NCBI RefSeq assembly: GCF_009914755.1
Contig: NC_060934.1
Source: the human T2T-CHM13v2.0 reference genome, Homo sapiens
DNA: 64,000 nucleotides
Reading direction: 5' to 3' (one strand)
Under the pieces are notes generated by a model. The model was not told where the DNA came from and searched no databases. It saw only the letters and a program-made list of their open reading frames with translations. This document shows, piece after piece, positions 22,061 through 36,490 of the stretch. Positions within the stretch are counted from its first letter, which is position 1. Every line of letters begins with the position of its first letter. The position numbers and the translations under genes are program-made.

Positions 22061-25000
22061 CTTTTCCTTGTAAATTTGTTTAAGTTCTTTGTAGATTCCG
22101 GATATTAGCCCTTTGTCGGAAGGATAGATTGCAAAAGTTTTCTCCCATTCTGTAGGTTGCCTGTTCACTCTAATGATAGTTTCTTTTGCTGTGCAGAAGC
22201 TCTTTAGTTTAATTAGATCCCATTTGTCAATTTTGGCTTTTGTTTCCGTTGCTTTTTGTGTTTTAAAGTCTTTTGCCCATGCCTATGTACTGAATGGTAT
22301 TGCCCAGGTTTTCTTCTATGATTTTTATGGTCCTAGGTCTTATGTTTAAGTCTTTGATCCATCTTGAGTTGACTTTTGTATATGTGTAAGGAAGGGGTCC
22401 AGTTTCAGTTGTGTCAGATTTGTCAAAGATCAGACAGTTGTAGATGTGTGGTGTTATTTCTGAGGCCTTTGTTGTGTTCCATTGGTCTATATATCTGTTT
22501 TAGTACCAGTACCATGCTGTTTGGTTACTGTAGCCTTATAGTATAGTTTGAAGTCAGGTAGTGTGATGCCTCCAGCTTTGTTCTTCTTGCTCATGATTGT
22601 CTTGGCTATGCAGGCTCTTTTTTGGTTCCATATGAACTTTAAAGTAGTTTTTTCCAATTCTGTGCAGAAAGTCGGTGGTAGCTTGATGGGGATAGCATTG
22701 AATCTATAAATTACTTTGGGCAGTATGGCTATTTTCACGATATTGATTCTTCCTATCCATGAGCATGGAATATTTTTCCATTTCTTTGTGTCCTCTCTTA
22801 TTTCCTTGAGCAGTGGTTTCTGGTTCTGCTTGAAGAGGTCCTTCACATCCCTTGTAAGTTGTATTCATAGGTATTTTATTCTCTTAGTAGCAATGGTGAA
22901 TGGGAGTTCACTCATGATTTGGCTCTCTGCTTGTCTGTTATTGGTGTCTAGGAATGCTTGTGATTTTTGCACATCGATTTTGTATCCTGAGACTTTGCTG
23001 AAGTTGCTTATCAGCTTAAGGATATTTTGGGCTGAGACGATGGGGTTTTCTAAATAGGCAATCATGTCATCTGCAAACAGAGACAATTTGACTTCCTCTC
23101 TTCCTATTTGAATACACTTTATTTCTTTCTCTTGCCTGATTGCCCTGGCCAGAATTTCCAATACTATGTCGAATAGGAGTGGTGAGAGAGGGCAGCCTTT
23201 TCTTGTGCCGGTTTTCAAAGGGAATGCTTCCAGTTTTTGCCAATTCAGTATGATATTGGCTGTGGGTTTGTCATAAATAGCTCTTATTATTTTGAGATAT
23301 GTTCCATCGATACCTAGTTTATTAAGAGTTTTTAACATGAAGGGGTGTTGAATTTTGTCAAAGGTCTTTTCTGCATCTATTGAGATAATCATGTGTTTTT
23401 CGTCATTGGTTCTGTTTATGTGATGGATTACATTTATTGATTTGCGTATGTTGAACCAAACTTGCATCCCAGGTATGAAGCCAACTTGATTGTGGTGGAT
23501 AAGCTTTTGGATGTGCTGCTGGATTTGGTTTGCCAATATTTTATTGAGGATTTTTGCATTGATGTTCTTCAGGGATATTGGCCTGAAATTTTCTTTTTTG
23601 TTGTGTCTCTGCCAGGTTTTGGTATCAGGATGATGCTGGCCTCATAAAATGAGTCAGGGAGGATTCCCTTTTTTTCTATTGTTTGGAGTGGTTTCAGAAG
23701 GAATGGTATCAGCTCCTCTTTGCACCTCTGGTAGAATTCGGCTATGAATCCATCTGGTCCTGGACTTTTTTTGGTTAGCAGTCTATTACTTACTGCCTCA
23801 ATTTCAGAACTTGTTATTGGTTTATTCAGGGATTCGACTTCTTCGTGATTTAGACAGGAGGGTGTGTGTGTCCAGGAATTTATCCATTTCTTCTAGATTT
23901 TCTAGTTTATATGCATGGAGGTGTTTATAATATTCTCTGGTGGTGGTCAGTATTTCTGTGGGATCAGTGGTGATATCCCCTATATCATTTTTTATTGCAT
24001 CTATTTGATTCTTCTCTCTTTTCTTCTTTATTAGCCTGGCTAGCAGTCTATTTTGTTGATCTTTTCAGAAAACCAGATCCTGGATTCATTGATTTTTTGA
24101 AGGGTTTTTCATGTCTCTATCTCCTTCAGTTCTGCTCTGATCTTAGTTATTTCTTGTCTTCTGCTAGCTTTTTAATTTATTTGCTGTTGCTTCCCTAGTT
24201 CTTTTAATTGTGATGTTAGGGTGTCAATTTTAGATCTTTCCTGCTTTCTCTTGTGGGCATTTAGTGCTATAAATTTCCCTCTGCACAGTGCTTTAAATGT
24301 GTTCCAGAGGTTCTGGTATGTTGTGTCTTCATTCTCACTGGTTTCAAAGAACATCTTTATTTCTGCCTTCATTTCATTATTTACCCAGTAGCCATTCAGG
24401 AGCAGTTTGTTCAGTTTCCATGTAGTTGTGTGGTTTTCAGTGAGTTTCTTAATCCTGAGTTGTAATGTGATTGCACTGTGGTCTGAGAGACTGTTTGTTA
24501 TGATTTCCATTCTTTTGCATTTGCTGAGGGGCGTTTTCCTTCCAATTATGTGGTCAATTTTAGAATAAGTGCAATGAGATGCTAAGAAGAACGTATATTC
24601 TGTTGATTTGGGGTGGAGAGTTCTGTAGATGTCTATTAGTCCCGCTTGGTCCAGAGCTGAGTACAAGTCCTGAATATCCTTGTTAATTTTCTATCTTGTT
24701 GATCTGTCTAATATTGACAGTGAGATGTTAAAGTCTCCCACTATTATTGTGTGGGAGTCTAAGTCTCTTTGTAGGTCTCTAAGAACTTGCTTTATGAATC
24801 TGGGTGCATATATATTTAGGATAGTTAGCTCTTCTTGATGCATTGATCCCTTTACCATTATGTAATGCCTTTCTTTGTCTCTTTTGATCTTTGTTGGTTT
24901 AAAGTCTGTTTTATCAGAGATTAGGATTGCAACTCCTGCTTTTCTGCTTTCCATTTGCTTGGTAAATATTCTTCCATCCCTTTATTTTGAGCCTATGTGT

Positions 25001-25237
25001 GTCTTTGCACGTGAGATGGGTGCAAAGTGTCCTGAATACAGCACACTGATGTGTCTTTAGTCTTTATCCAATTTGCCAGTCTGTCTTCTAATTAGGGCAT
25101 TTAGCCCATTTACATTTAAGGTTAATATTGTTATGTGTGAATTTGATCCTGTCATTATGATGCTAGCTGGTTGTTTTGCCCATTAGTTGATGGAGTTTCT
25201 TCATAAATTGTAAATAGCTTTGGCTATTTAGGCTTCT

Positions 25238-26260
25238 TTACAATTTGGTATGTTTTTGCAGTCGCTGGTACCAGTTGTTCCTTTCCATGTTTAGTGCTTC
25301 CTTCAGGAGCTCTTGTAAGGCAGGCCTGGTGGTGACAAAATCTCTCAGCATTTGCTTGTTTGTAAAGGATTTTATTTCTCGTTCACTTATGAAGCTTAGT
25401 TTGGCTGGATATGAAATTCTGGGTTGAAAATTCTTTTCTTTAAAAATGTTGAATGTTGGCCCCCACTCTCTTCTGGCTTGTAGGGTTTCTGCAGAGAGAT
25501 CCGCTGTTAGTCTGATGGGCTTCCCTTTGTGGATAATCCAATCTGTCTGTCTGGCTGCCCTTAACATTTTTTCTTTCATTTCAACCTCGGTGAATCTGAC
25601 AATTATGTGTCTTGGGGTTGCTCTTCTCAAGGAGTATCTTTGTGGTGTTCTCTGTATTTCCTGAATTTGAATGTTGGCTTTTCTTGCTAGATTGGGGAAG
25701 TTCTCCTGGATAATATCCTGAAGAGTGTTTTCCAGCTTGGTTCCATTCTCTTTGTCACTTTCAGGTTCAACAATCAAATGTAAATTTGGTCTTTTCACAC
25801 AGTCCCATATTTCTTGGAGGCTTTGTTCATTCCTTTTTATTCTTTTTTCTCTAATCTTGTCTTCTCTCTTTATTTCATTAAGTTGATCTTCAATCACTGA
25901 TATCCTTTCTTCCACTCCATTGATTTGGCTATTAATAATTGTGTATGCTTCATGAAGTTCTCGTGCTGTGTTTTTCAGCTCCATCAGGTCATTTATGTTC
26001 TTCTCTACACTGGTTATTCTAGTTAGCAATTCATCTAACCTTTTTTCGAGGTTCTTAGCTTCCTTGCATTGGGTTAGAACATGCTTCTTTAGCTTGGAGG
26101 GGTTTATTACCCACCTTCTGAAGCCTACTTCTGTCAATTCATCAAACTCATTCTCTGTCGAGTTTTGTTCCCTTGCTGGCGAGGAGTTGTCATCCTTTGG
26201 AGGAAAAGAGGCGTTCTGGCTTTTGGAATTTTCAGCCTTTTTGTGCTGGTTTCTCCCCAT
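25238..26260 (-). CDS. L1 ORF1p, uninterrupted 340-aa frame
   Basis: MGRNQHKKAENSK..coiled coil..RPNLHLI..TPRHIIVRF..ARREW..YPAKLSF motifs. Confidence 0.85.
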   Translation of the reverse strand: MGRNQHKKAENSKSQNASFPPKDDNSSPAREQNSTENEFDELTEVGFRRWVINPSKLKKHVLTQCKEAKNLEKRLDELLTRITSVEKNINDLMELKNTARELHEAYTIINSQINGVEERISVIEDQLNEIKREDKIREKRIKRNEQSLQEIWDCVKRPNLHLIVEPESDKENGTKLENTLQDIIQENFPNLARKANIQIQEIQRTPQRYSLRRATPRHIIVRFTEVEMKEKMLRAARQTDWIIHKGKPIRLTADLSAETLQARREWGPTFNIFKEKNFQPRISYPAKLSFISEREIKSFTNKQMLRDFVTTRPALQELLKEALNMERNNWYQRLQKHTKL

Positions 26261-29200
26261 CTTTGTGGATTTACCTGCCTTTGGTTTTGATGTTGGTGAC
26301 CTTCAGATGGGGTCTTTGAATGGACATGCTATTCCTTTCTGCTTTTTAGTTTTCCTTCTGACAGTCTGGCCCCTCTGCTGCCCATCTGCTGGAGTGTGCT
26401 GGAGGCCCACTCCTGACCCTGTTTGCCTGGTATCGTATCACCAGTGGAGGCTGCAGAACAGCAAAGATTGCTGCCTGATTTTTCCTCTGGAAGCTTCATC
26501 CCAAAGGGGCACCTGCCAGATACCAACCAGAGCTCTCCGTATGATGTGTCTGTTGGCCACTACTGGGAGGTGTCTCCCAGTCATGGTGCACGGGGGTCAG
26601 GGACCCACTTGAGGAGGCAGTCTGACCCGTAGCAGAGCTTGAACACTGTGCTGGGAGGTCCACTGCTCTCTTCAGAGCTGTCAGGCAGGGACATTTAAAT
26701 CTGCTTAAGCTGTGCCCCACAGCCACCTCTTTCCCCAGGTGCTCTATCCCAGGGAGATTGGGGTTTTATCTATAAGTCCCTGACTGGGGCTGCTGCCTTT
26801 TATTCGGAGATGCCATGCCCAGAGAAGAGAAATCTGGCAGTCTGGCCACAGCAGCCTTGCTGAGCTGCAGTGGGCACCACCCAGTTTGAACTTCCCAGTG
26901 GCTTTGTTTACACTGTGAGCATAAAACCACCTACTCAAGCCTCAGCAATGGAGGACACCCCTCCCCCCACCAAGCTTGTGCGCCCCAGGTCCATCTCAGA
27001 CTGCTGCTGTGCCGGCAGTGAGAATTTCAAGCCAGTGGATCTTAGTTTGCTGGGCTCTGTGGGGGTGGGACCCACCAAGCCAGACCACTTGGCTCCTTGG
27101 TTTTAGCATCCCTTTCCAGGGGAGTGAATGGTTCTGTCTCAACTGGCGCTCCAGGTGCCACTAGTGTATGAAAATAAAAGAACTCCTGTAGCTAGTTCGG
27201 TGTCTGCCCAAATGGCCTCCCAGTTTTGTGCTTGAAACCCAGGGCCCTAGCAGGGTAGTCACCAGAGGGAATCTCCTGCTTTGCAGGTTGCAAAGACCGT
27301 GGGACAAGCACAGTATCTGTGCCGGAGTTCCTCAGGCTCAGTCCGTCATGGCTTCCCTGGGTAGGGGAGAAAATTCCCCTATCCCTTGCACTTCCTGGAT
27401 GAGGTGACGCCCCACCCTGCTTTGGAACATCCTCTGTGGGCTGCACCAACTGTCCAACCAGTCCCAGTGAGATGAACTGGGTACCTCAGTTGGAAATGCA
27501 GAAATCACCCACCTTCTGGGTCTATCTTGCTGAGAGCTGTAGACCAGAGCTGTTCCTATTTGGCCATCTTGCCAGCAATCCTCCAGCTCTTTAGTTTAAT
27601 TAGGTCCCATTTGTCAGTTTTTGGTTTTGTTGCATTTGCCTTTAAGATCTTAGTCATAAATCTACACCTAGACCAATGTCCAGAAGAGTTTTTATTATAT
27701 TTTCTTCTAGGGTTTTTACAATGTGAGGTCTTACATTTAAGTCTTTAATCCATCTCGAGTTAACTTTTATATATGGGGAGAGGTAAGGATTCAGTTTTAT
27801 TCTTCTGCATATGGCTAGCCAGTTTTCCCAGCACTATTTATTGAATAAGGTGTTCTTTCCCAGTTGTTTATTTTGTTAACTTTGTCAAAGATCAGTTAGT
27901 TGTCAGTATGCAGCTTTACTTCTAGGATCTGTGTTCTATTCCATTGATCTATGTATCTATTTTTGTACCAGTACCATGCTGTTTTGGTTACTATAGCCTT
28001 GTAGTATAGTTTGAAGTTGGGTAATATGAAAAAAACCTCAGGCTTTGTTTTGTTTGTTTGTTTGTTTGTTCTGCTTAGGATTGCTTTAGCTATTTAGGCT
28101 TTTTAATTCCATATGAATTTTAGAATTAGTCTTTCTAATTCCATGAAAAAACAATGTTGGGAATCAGATAGGAATTGCATTGAATCTGTAGATTGCTTTG
28201 GGAAGCATGGTAATTTTAACAATTTTGATTGTTCCAGTTCATGAACATGGAATGTTTCCCCATTTGTTTGTGTCATCCATGATTTCTTTCATGAGTGTTT
28301 GTGGTTCTCTTCATAGATATCTTTCACCTTCCTGGTTAAATGTATTCCCTGATATTTTATTTGTGTGTGTGTGTGTCTATTGTAAATGGGATTGCATTCT
28401 TGATTTGGTTCTCAGCTTGAACATTATTGCTGTATAGAAATGCCACTGATTTTTGTACATTGATTTTGTATCCTCAAACTTTACTGAAGTTGTTTATCAG
28501 GTCAAGGAGTCTTTTGGAGGAACCCTAAGTGTTTTCTAGGTATAGAATTATGTCATCAGGGAACAGATCATTTGACTTCCTCTTTTCCTACTTGGATGCC
28601 TTTTATTTTTCTCTCTTGCCTGACTGCTCTGGCTAGGACTTCCTGTACTATGTTGAATAGGAGTGGTGACAGTATACATCCTAGCCTTTTTCCAGTTCTT
28701 AGGAGAAATGCATCCAACTTTTGCCCATTTAGTATAATGTTCACTGTGGTTTGCCATAGATGGGTCTTATTAAATTGAAGTATGTTTCTTTGATGCCTAC
28801 TTTGTTGAGGGTTCTTATCATGAAGGGATGTTGAATTTTGTCAAATGCTTTTCCTGGGTCTATCGAGATGATCATATGGTTTTTAATTCTGTTTATGTGG
28901 TGAATTACATTTATTGATTTGCATGTGTTGAATCATTTCACATCACAGGTATAAAGCCCACTTGATTGTGAAGAATTATCATTCTGGTGTGCTGCTAGAT
29001 TTGGTTTGCTAGTATTTTGTGGAAGATTTTTGCATCTATGTTCATCAGGGGTACTGGCCTGCAGTTTTCTTTTTTGTTGTTGTTTCTTTGCCAGACTTTG
29101 ATATCAGGATGATACTGGTTTCACAGAATGAGTTAGGGAGGAATCCCTCCTCCTTGATTTTTCTGGAATAGTTTCAGTAAGATTGGTACCAGCTCTTCTT

Positions 29201-30661
29201 TGTACATCTGGTAAAATCTGGCTGTGAATCCCTCTAGTCTAGGACACTTTTGGTTGGTAGATTTTTATTACTGATTCAATTTCTTAACTCATTATTGATC
29301 TGTTAGGAGTTCAAGTACTCCTAGGTCAATCTTGGGAGGCTGTGTGTTTCCAGGAATTTATTCATTTCCTCTAGGTTTTCTAGTTTGTGCACATAGAGGT
29401 GTTCATAGTAGTCTCTGAAGATCTTTGTATTTTTGTGGTATCAGTTGTAATATCATCTTTGTCATTTCTGATTGTGTTTATTCAGATCTTCTCTCTTTTT
29501 TTCTTGGTTAATTTAGCTAGCAGTTTCTCAATGGGTCTAATGGCCCAACTCTTCCTTTCATTGATCCTTCGTATGGGTTTTTTGAACTCAATTTTATTTA
29601 GTTCTGCTCTGATCTTAGTTGTTTTGTTTCTTCTGCTAGCTTAGGGTCTACTTTGTTCTTATTTTTCTAGTTCATTTAGGTGTGATACTAGATTATTAAA
29701 TTGAGACCTTTCTATCTTCTTGATGAAAGGATTTAGTGCTATGAGCTTTCCTCTTAACATTTTGCTATATCCCAGAGGTTTTGGTGTGTTGTGTCTCTGT
29801 TTCCACTTGTTTCAAAGAATTTTTTGAGTTCTGACTTAATTTTGTTGTTTACCTAAAAGTTATCAAAAACAAGTTATTTCATTTCCCTGCCTTTGTGTTG
29901 TCTTGAAGATCTTTCTGGTATTAATTTCAAATTTTATAGCACCGTGGTCCAAGAAGATGCTTGATATGGTGTCATTTAAAAAATGTATTGAGACTTGCTT
30001 TATGACCTCGCATGTGATCAGGATGAGAGAATTTCATGAACAGAGAATATCTATTCTGTGCTTGTGGGTCAAGTATTCTGTAGATATTTCTTAGGTCTAT
30101 TTGGTGAAGTGTCAAATTTAAGTCCAGAGTTTCTTTATTAGTTTTCTGCCTCAATGATCTGTCTAATGCTGTCAGTGGGGTGTTAAAGTCCCCCACTATT
30201 ATTGTATGGATATCTATCTGTTTTCTTAGGTCTAGTAGTATTTGTTTTATAAATCTGGGTACTCTGATGTTGGGTGCATATATATTTAAATTACTTAAAT
30301 CTTGTTGAATTAAATCCTTTATTATTATATAATGACCTTCTTTGTCTTTTTTTTTTACTATTGGTTTTATCTGATACAGGAATAGCAACTCCTGTTCTTC
30401 TTTGGTTTCCACTTATGTGATAGATTTTTCTCCATGTCTTTATGTTGAGCCTATGGGTGTCATTACATGTGAGGTTGGTCTCTTGAAGGCAGCAGACGGT
30501 TGGGTCTCATGTTTTTCTATCCAATTTGCCATTCTATGTCTTTTAAGTAGAACATTTAGGCCTTTTTTGTTCAAACTTAATATTGATACATTAGGTTTTG
30601 ATCCTGTCATAGTGTTGTTAGCTAGCTGTTTTGTACTCTCAATTATGCAATAGCTTTATAG

Positions 30662-30994
<333 letters not shown>

Positions 30995-33900
30995 CTTATG
31001 TGAGCTTTTATGGTAACAAATATTATTTATTTCCATATTAAGAACTCCTTTGAGCATTTCTTGTAGGACTGGTCTAGTGGTCATGAATTTCCTTAGTACT
31101 TGCATGTCCAGAAAAGATTTTACTTCTCCTTTGTGTATGAAGCTTAGTTTGGCAGGATAAAATATTCTCGACTAATTTTTTTTTTCTTTAAGAATCCTAA
31201 AAATAGGCCCCCCAATCTTTTCTGGCCTGTAAGGTTTCTTCCGAGAACTCTGTTGTTAGGCTGATGGGATTTTCTGCATACGTGATTTTGCCCTTTTCTC
31301 TAGCTGCCTTTAAGACATTTTCTTTTGCATTGATGTTGGATAGTCTGATAACTATATGCCTTGAAGAGGCCCATCTTGTGCAGTATCTCACAGGAGTTCT
31401 CTGAATTTCTTGTGTTTGGATGCCAACTCTCTAACAAGATTAGGATTTTTTTTCTAAATTATTTTATCAAATGTGTTTTCACAATCACTTACTTTTTCTT
31501 CACCTCTTTCAGGAATGCCAATAAGTTGTAGGTTTAGTCTTTTTATACAATCCCATATTTCTCAAAGACTTTGTTGTTTTAAAAAATTCTTTTTATTTAT
31601 TGTTTTCTGACTGGCTTAATTTAAAAGAATGGTCTTCCAGCTCTGAAATTCTTTCTTCTGCTTGGTCAAGTCTATTGTTAAAGCTTCCAACAGTATTTTG
31701 AAATTCCTATAGTGAGTTTTTCAATTCCAGAAGTTCTATTTCATTTTTTCTTAATATAGCTATCTTGTGTTTCATATCCTGAATTATTTTTCTGGTTTCT
31801 TTGTATTGGGTTTCAACTTTCCCTTGGATCTCATTGAGTTTTCTTAAATCCGTATTTTGAATTCTTTATCTGTCATTTTGGACATTTCAGTCTGATTAGG
31901 ATTCATTTCTAGCAGCTGTGTGATCCTTTGAAGGTGCCAAAACACTCTGGCTTCTTGTACTGTCAGAATCGTGCTGATTCCCTCTCATCTGAGGGAGCCA
32001 TAGCTTCTTAAATTTGAATTTTCTGTCATTTAAATGGGACTTTTGTAAACTTATTTTTTTCTCTTGAGGGTGTGGCTGTCATGTATGTTGTATATGATTG
32101 TGTGGCTTCATCTCTGGGTGCTTTCAGGGGACCAAGGCTCTGTATAGGTTAATTGGTTGTGTATAGCTTCAGTGCAGTGGCTTTCTTAGGTGTTGCTTCT
32201 TATAGCTATGTATTGGGTGTAAGGGCAAACACAGTATCTCCTGCAGGGCTGAGGGTGTGGAAGTCTCAGGAGGCTTATTTCATGGACTGGCACTAAGCCC
32301 TTGCGGTGGCAGGTTTTTTGTTTGCTCATGCAGTTCAGGCTACTGTCCAGTAGATAGCACTTAAGAGTAAGAGCCGGCAGGCTGGCTGGTGCTGAATGGA
32401 TGCATTCGCCCTGAATACACCAGGAAGAGATTATGATGGAATGCATTGAGGTCCTGAGGCAAAGAAAAGGTGGGTGCTGCAAATCCCCATCCTGAGCCGA
32501 CAGGAATGCGATCCACTTTCCTACGATACCCCTGTCACAGGACCCATGACCTTCTGTTTATAAAGGCTTCATCCTTTGGTTCCCAGCCACACTGTGGCTG
32601 GGGGCTGTGGATATACCTCTCTGATGAATATCACTAAAATGGGGCCTGAAGCAGAGCCTCTTCCCCTAGTCCATGGCAGGCAACTCCATGGTCTATCCTC
32701 CATTGCCAGGATGCTGCTGCTCTGTGTAGGATGAGGGAGTTAGGCCTTTGCCTTCATGAAAGCTGGAAGCAGGCAAAGGCTCACTTTCAGTAGGGGTGGT
32801 GCCACCATGAAGAGCACTTTCCTTGAGTTCATGCTCACCATCCCTAGCAGGGACGACCACCTTTGCATCCACAACAGTGTATGGTGGGGGAGGTGGGAGA
32901 TGAAACCCCTCCTAACATTTGTTCCCAGTCATCAATGATGCCCCTGCAGCAGTTGGCCCACACCCACATACTCTTTATCCTAAGAGGGGCTTTGGCAGGC
33001 TGTGTTTCCTTTCCTCTTCCTTTAGGGGCAGCCCACCCCAAGGGTTAGATCTCCAGGGAGTCCCACAACTCCCTGGGGACCAGCCATGCTAGCCAAAGTG
33101 AGAGCAGGGGGGGATCTGGTGGTACAGTGACTCAAGGGCAGAAAATTCTCAGTCAGGGTAGGAGCACCATCAATGCACACTCAGTATGGTGCCCACAATC
33201 TCAGTTTGCTTCTGAGGGCAATGTGAGCATGCCTCCACAAGCTGGCCAAGCAGTTTGCTGTCCCTGGGGAGTTCTCAAATAGCTACCAATAGTGTTTCCC
33301 TGGGTCAAAAGCGAAAAGGTGCTCTCCAAAAGTTGGGCGTTCAGTAGATTGTCACAGAGGAGAGAAGAGCAGAGAAGCACTCCCACCTACACTTTCCACA
33401 GGGCTCTGAGTTCCTTGGGGGTTGATCTCTGCGAGACTCTTGCTGCTTTCCTTTTCCATGCCTCAGCTTCTTTCTATGGGCACGATGACAGGTCCTGGCT
33501 CTTTTCCCTCTGTTTTCAGTTCAGAACTTGTCCATTTAACAGTAACTTAAGACCTTCTTCCTAAGGAGATCTGGCATCCAATGTCCCTAGTCCGCCATCT
33601 TGAAAAAAATGGATTATCTTTTCAAGTGACCAAAGACTGAAAGGGAAAGATGTTTTGGATCTGGTGTGCTGCTTAAGGGGGTTTACTCCTCAAGGTGTCA
33701 CTCTTGTGTCACTTCTTCTCTTTTACATGGCTCACTAAATCCAGGAATCATGAGCACTTACGGCACTGGAAGAACAACCCTTCTTATGTGCCCACCAGGG
33801 TAAACAAGCTTCACTGCATGTTCTTCTTGGAGATTACCTGGGGGACAATCGCATGTTACAAGCCATGAACTCAATCGCATGTTACAAGCAATGAAGTCAA

Positions 33901-34565
33901 ACACTTCTGCAAGACCTTAATTGCTTGAGGTTCCTTTTGGCAAAGAAGAAAACTTTCCCTTATCCCAGGACTCATCTTTATCCTCAAAGAAAGTTTCTCA
34001 TTGGTTTTGCTCACTCATAAAGTGACTTTACATACGCCAAATGAACCAAGCTTCAGCGTTTAGCCAGTTTTTAAATAAAAAGTATTTATTTCTTAAATAC
34101 TTCTTAAATATTTCTTATGCTATGAAACATTCACCTCCTCTTTTCAGAGAAGGAAACTATTTTCTTCCCTGACCAAAATTGTGGTGAGAGAAAAGGACGT
34201 ACAAACTCTGAAGGGTAGTTCAACAAGCAACCTGCAACCTTAGAGAAAAGTAAAAATCACAAATCCATGAACAGCAGAATTTTTAATATATATGGATATA
34301 TTCTAATATATATATTCTAATGTTGTGTGTGTGTGAAACTCCTACCTTAAAAGCAGAGCTTCAATTCTAGCTCCATCAAATGTGGAACTGGATCACTAAA
34401 ATAATGTCTGAATCTCAAACCAAAATTAGAGAGATTCGAAACCCAAGAGGAGCCATGGCAGAGATTCCTGTCAGTCCTTGCAAGTTGGGCGAATGAAAAG
34501 GCATTCATCTTGGCACCAAAGCCTTGGTCGATGACATAACAGGAGGGATCAGTTGAGGCGCACTT

Positions 34566-34588
34566 TGAGTCCCTTCAAGGTGGCCGAA
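34566..34588 (-). promoter_or_regulatory. Retroviral primer-binding-site remnant
   Basis: Minus strand ttcggccaccttgaagggactc follows the LTR directly; resembles TGGCGACCACGAAGGGAC-type ERV1 PBS. Confidence 0.55.
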
Positions 34589-35134
34589 CGTCAATCTAAA
34601 ATAATCAAAGGGTCAAAATACAATTTAAAGAGAGTTTATTCAAGCACAAAGTGTAAGGATAGGCTGACCAGAAAGCACAGAGTCCAAAGAATGGAGGTCA
34701 GTATTCCAAAGTGTAGAAGTTTGGGATCATTCATATAGACAAATTTCAGGATGTTTAACAAAATCTTAAAAAGGTGTACTGCATACTTACAATGGTCTGA
34801 TTAGTTGAGGTGGTCTTTCTTTTTGGGAAAGGTAGATTTAACATTCCACACTGAAGATGTAAATATCAAGGTATTTTGGTTACCGTCTGGTCTCAGAAAC
34901 AGGACAATAAAGGAGGCAGGTAATTGATAACAAAGATCAGTGATTGGACAGAGGGATGTCTGATCTCTGGTCTCTCCTAGTCATTTATAGAACTAGAACA
35001 ACGAGGAAGAGAGTTAAGCTATAATCTAAGAAGCAGAATTGCAAGCATGCTACATGACTCAGTTTCCAGAGCTTAGCGTCCCCTTTGGCATAATATATTT
35101 AGAAGATCCTAAAATTTTATTTTATTTTTTTACA
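34589..35134 (-). mobile_element. 5' LTR of the provirus
   Basis: Paralog of 14840-15393; begins TGTAAAAA on minus. Confidence 0.8.
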
Positions 35135-36289
35135 AAAACAAAAAGGACCAGTCATGAGCCACGTTCTTACCACCATGAAAACTCTGGGGAAATGCTGGTG
35201 GCACCTGAAGCCCTGGAAGCAAGCTCTTTGGGCAGAATGATGAAAAGAGCTCACCAAGTGGGCCTTGTAGCTGAGATGAGCTTACAACAGCTGCAGACAG
35301 CAGGGGCTGAGATGGAGATCTGAAAGCAGAAGCTCCAGGCACCCACATCCCCAGCCCCTAGAAGACCCGACCATGTCTCAGGCACCCTCCCTCACCCCTC
35401 TGCTTTGAGGGCTCTTCTCTGCATCTACTAACTTTGCACGCCAAGGCTCAGCTGTCTTCTAAGCCTGAGCCTCAGCTCTGATCTTGCCTCTGATAAACTG
35501 CCTTCCCTGAAGCTCCGAGGGAGGGAGCACTCTGATCTCAAAGCCCCAGAGCACGAGCACTTGGCTGAGTCTCTTTCCCCAGCACTAAAGATAGACATTT
35601 TCTGTCTCTTTCTGTCTCTCTCCTCTTCTGACACAGGTTTGGGAGCTCTTTCACCTCACAGAACCATTGTCTTCCCTTCCCCAGGTCACACCAAGCTCAG
35701 AACTGAATTCAAAGCAAGAATGACCAGAATGTCTACAGGTTTGGCCCAGACTTCAGCCTGGAGGTACAACAACAGCCTCTCTCTACCTCTTCTCAGGGCT
35801 CAGGACGGCTCAAAAGCACATTCCACCTTCACCGCCACTCCTAACTACGAGCCAGCTGGGCCCAGAGCCCGGAACATACCACCAGGATGTACCAGGACAG
35901 TCTATGCCTTCCTGGAGTGGCTCAATCATGGGCAGCCTGAAGCCCCCTCTTCACACCCTAGAGACGGCATCCAGACTCCAACCTAGGCCCAAGGAGGGCC
36001 TTCCTTCCTGGTCAGTGATCTCCTCTGTTCCTTATTGGGCTGATCCAGGGAATGTGTCCAGTGCAGCCCTCACCACAGACCCTGAGGATCAGATCATCCC
36101 TCAGGCTCCTGGCTCAGTCTGGGCCAAGGATCTGACCACGGGAAGCACAGGAAGATGAGCTCCAGGCAAACCCAGGAACCAGGGCCCGAGCAGGGAAGCT
36201 CTCCAGTGGTTTGGGAGTAACCATCACCAGGTCTTGAATGCTGGTCCAAAGAGGGGCAGGGCAGTGTGAAGAGCAGGAGCCAGACCCAG

Positions 36290-36490
36290 TTCACATCCAG
36301 CTTTATGAATCTCATGCTTTGTAACCTGGAACAAGTAACTCAACCTCTCTGTGCTTCAGTTCCCTTCAGTAAACTGGGATAATAGTAGCATTTACTTGTA
36401 TAGTTACTGGGAGGATTAAAATAGTGAAAACGTGGAAAGTTCTTAGTCTAGCAACTGGCCCACAGGAAGACTCAATACGTATTAGTCCTC
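36290..36490 (+). mobile_element. MIR SINE
   Basis: gtaacctggaacaagtaactcaacctctctgtgcttcagttcc..taaactgggataatagta core. Confidence 0.7.
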
